Assembly (NCBI RefSeq): GCF_009914755.1
Contig: NC_060925.1
Strand: one strand, 5' to 3'
DNA: 64,000 nucleotides
Origin: the human T2T-CHM13v2.0 reference genome, Homo sapiens
The position numbers and the translations under genes are program-made. Each line of letters starts with the position of its first letter. The stretch's first letter is position 1. This document shows, in pieces, positions 59,841 to 64,000 of the stretch. The notes under the pieces are model-generated. The model was given only the letters and a program-made list of their open reading frames with translations, was not told the origin of the DNA and did no database searches.

Positions 59841-59891
59841 CGTGTGTGTGTATGTCTGTGTGTGTGTGTGTGTGCGCGCGCGCGCGCGCGT
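59841..59891. repeat. Compound dinucleotide repeat ending in (TG)9(CG)8 in the DISC1 promoter
   Basis: Read directly: cgtgtgtgtgtatgtc(tg)9(cg)8t. Confidence 0.95.
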
Positions 59892-60073
59892 CAGGGGCCA
59901 ATGCTGGAAAGGAAACAGCGGACTCGCTGAGGAGAAGAAAGGAGCCGCCCCCTTCGTCGCCAGCCCCCTCCCCACTTCCCGTCCAGCGCGCTGCTCCCTT
60001 CCCCCCGCCTCTGGCCTCGGGGAAGGAGCAGGAGGCAGCCCAGGCGGAGCGGGAGGAGCTGGCAGCGGGGCGC

Positions 60074-60140
60074 ATGCCAGGCGGGGGTCCTCAGGGCGCC
60101 CCAGCCGCCGCCGGCGGCGGCGGCGTGAGCCACCGCGCAG
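60074..60140 (+). CDS. DISC1: DISC1 (disrupted in schizophrenia 1), coding part of exon 1 (67 nt, phase-1 intron follows)
   Basis: Translates to MPGGGPQGAPAAAGGGGVSHRA+G, which I recognise as the human DISC1 N-terminus. Followed by donor CAG|GTAGGG at 60141, inside a CpG island. Confidence 0.96.
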
Positions 60141-60889
60141 GTAGGGGAGCTGCCACAGAGTCCTAGCACGTCCTGGGGGGGTCCTGGCAAGGAGGGCGCG
60201 CTCTGGCCCCCAGGAAGTCGCGTAGGTCAGGGCGTGCCTCTGTTAACAACCCCTTTCGAGGTGAGGGAAACTGAGGCAGGACGCGAGGCGTGCGAGGTTG
60301 AGAGAAGAGCGAGTCTTGGGCTGCCAGCCCGGCACCAGCGCCGAGCCGGGCCAGGTCCCTGACCCAGGACTGTGCAGCGATCCCCGGGACCCGCAGTTTG
60401 CGAAACTGTAGGAGTCTGACCCGCGCCCCCGCTGCGTGTCCAGGTGACCGGGAAAGGTTGCAGAGGCGTGCTTGGGGTTTGGATCCGTCCCCGTCCTGGG
60501 ACACCTGCGCCGCCTGCACTCTCGTTGCGGTGCGCCCCAGCCTGCGCCCCCTCGGGACAGGGGACGTCCCGCCCGCCTTAACCCCAAGACCCAGCTGGAT
60601 CTCGGGTTCCACCCCTTCGGGGACCTGGAGGGAGGAGGCTGGGAGCGGGACCAGGAACTGGTGCCTGTGCCTTCCCTAGGGGCTGCTCTGAAATCAGTGT
60701 CACCGCCCACTTCCTACTTGGCTACAGTAACGGGGATGGCCCAAGCCGGAGACTGCTCGGTTTCCACCGCCTGGAGCGCGGGTCTCGCTGTCAACTCTTA
60801 GTGATGATTGTGGATGGTTGTTTTTCAACAATGACAGGACTTCTACCTTCTCACTCTTAAAATGTGAGGTTTTCCAAAGACAGTGAGAT

Positions 60890-61860
60890 TTGGAGTTAGG
60901 GAGTGCTGCCTTGTGTTCTTGCTGGGTGAGGACAGGGCTGGGTCAGTCGCTTAACCTCTCAGAGCCTCAGTCTCCTGAAATGTAAAGGAGAACACTCATA
61001 GCCTGGCCTCCATGTGTCGTTAGGTTTGTTGTATGGGAAATCAATTTGCAAAGTGTTATCATCAACTGGACAAATTTGAATTGGACAGCACTAGGACCAT
61101 AGGAACTGGGGTTTGGAGACAGTCTGCCTGCATGTCAATCCTGGACATGCAGGAGACTATGACAGTACCTGCTTCATAGGGTTGTTATGCGGTTTAACTG
61201 TGATGGTGGAAGTGAAGCACCTCGCCCAATGCCTGAAATACCCAGTGCACTCTCAAAAAACCTTAGTTGCTATTTTTCCTAGGCAAAATCTAAATAATTG
61301 GGAGTAATGTGAGAATACCAGTTTGATTTGATTAATGCAGGAATAGTAGGGCATTTAAAAACACATGTAGTTCTCCTGTGCTCGGCATGGTACATGAAGT
61401 CCTCTGAGGTTCAGTTCTGTGCCACAGAGCAAAAAGAACCGTGGACAAGATACCCGCTTTTCGGGCTCTTTGACTTTGAGCCTGTTTTCTCATCTGTTTA
61501 CAAAAAAGATAAAAGAAAAATGGGGGTAGTAATTACTGCCTTTTGTACTGATCGCATTGCCTGAGGATTAAATGAGGCAAAAGATCTGAAAGCACCTTGT
61601 GGAGTATGAGTCACTATGCACATATAAGACATGATAGTACTAGGAGGGAATGGTAACATCTGCAGGTTTTTAGAACTTACAATGTGCCAGACATTTTATT
61701 ATGAATTCCTTTGATGAAATCCTCCCTGCATCTTTATGGGACTGGGATTACAGTCCTCATTTCCCTATGACAAAGCTGAGGTTCAGGGTCACCCTGCTTG
61801 GTTCCCAAGCTCACAGAGCTCTTAAGTGTAAAGCCAGGATTAGAACCCTGGTGTGGGTGC
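60890..61860. mobile_element. Cluster of 3-4 MIR fragments at the start of DISC1 intron 1
   Basis: aacctctcagagcctcagt, tgagcctgttttctcatctgt, and an antisense core at ~61740-61850. Confidence 0.65.
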
Positions 61861-61949
61861 CACTCACAACTGTGTTCTTGGCCGCTTGCCAAACTGAACT
61901 TATAGAGTGGAGCTGTGATTCAGAACAGACCTATATTAGAATTTAGGTA

Positions 61950-63663
<1,714 letters not shown>

Positions 63664-64000
63664 AGAATCATTCTTTTGATAATAATGATGGTAATTGAGT
63701 TTATATGCTGTGTTCTCATGAATCCAAGCAGAGCCCACTGTTTCCAGAGATTCCCTTGGCAGCCACCCTGGGTTGAGGAGGGTCCCCTCCTGGCACAGCT
63801 GGAACCACCGGTGAAGAGCCATTTTTCAGTCAGCACCGTTTAGTAATATAAGACTTTTAGCCTCGAGGAGTCTTCCGTTGTTAGTTCCTAACTTTAATGA
63901 CTTTGTGGTAAAAATTCCTTAGCGAATGACTTCTGTGCAACAATCATGTAATTTTTAAAATTCCAGATGCTTTAGCCGTTCAGAATCCATTTTTTCTTTC

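Larger units (their letters stand above)
59800..60790. promoter_or_regulatory. CpG island / DISC1 promoter and 5' UTR
   Basis: Abrupt rise in GC and CpG content, GC box GGCCCCGCCC at 59821-59830, AP-1 site TGAGTCA at 59756-59762; spans exon 1. Confidence 0.9.

Noticed and set aside
59626-60801. Multiple overlapping 100-170 aa ORFs on both strands
   Set aside because: Expected stop-codon depletion in a CpG island; only the DISC1 frame is recognisable.

Overview
Primate, almost certainly human, genomic DNA, roughly half interspersed repeats (about 50 Alus, plus L1, L2, MIR, ERVL/MaLR solo LTRs and DNA-transposon fossils). The only protein-coding sequence I can support is DISC1 exon 1: ATG at 60074, encoding MPGGGPQGAPAAAGGGGVSHRA(G), with a GT donor at 60141, inside a CpG-island promoter that carries a (TG)n(CG)n repeat. 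The window is therefore the ~60 kb upstream of DISC1, which from recall is the TSNAX-DISC1 intergenic interval on 1q42. Minus-strand splice and polyA signals at ~45.2 kb and ~24.5-25.0 kb fit the lncRNA LINC00582 that I recall lying here; the name is not verified. Nearly all ORFs in the supplied track are Alu, L1 or microsatellite artefacts. I found no convincing novel gene system. The most interesting observations are: a ~740 bp TSD-flanked retrocopy of an unidentified non-coding 3' end nested in an old L1; several repair or rearrangement scars (a 177 bp locally templated insertion, an inversion plus Alu duplication, a tail-less AluY, a snap-back cluster); LTR-derived candidate read-through exons; co-oriented CTCF-like motifs; and unusual translation-initiation features of DISC1 exon 1. 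Repeat subfamily calls are from memory of consensus sequences, and their boundaries are approximate.
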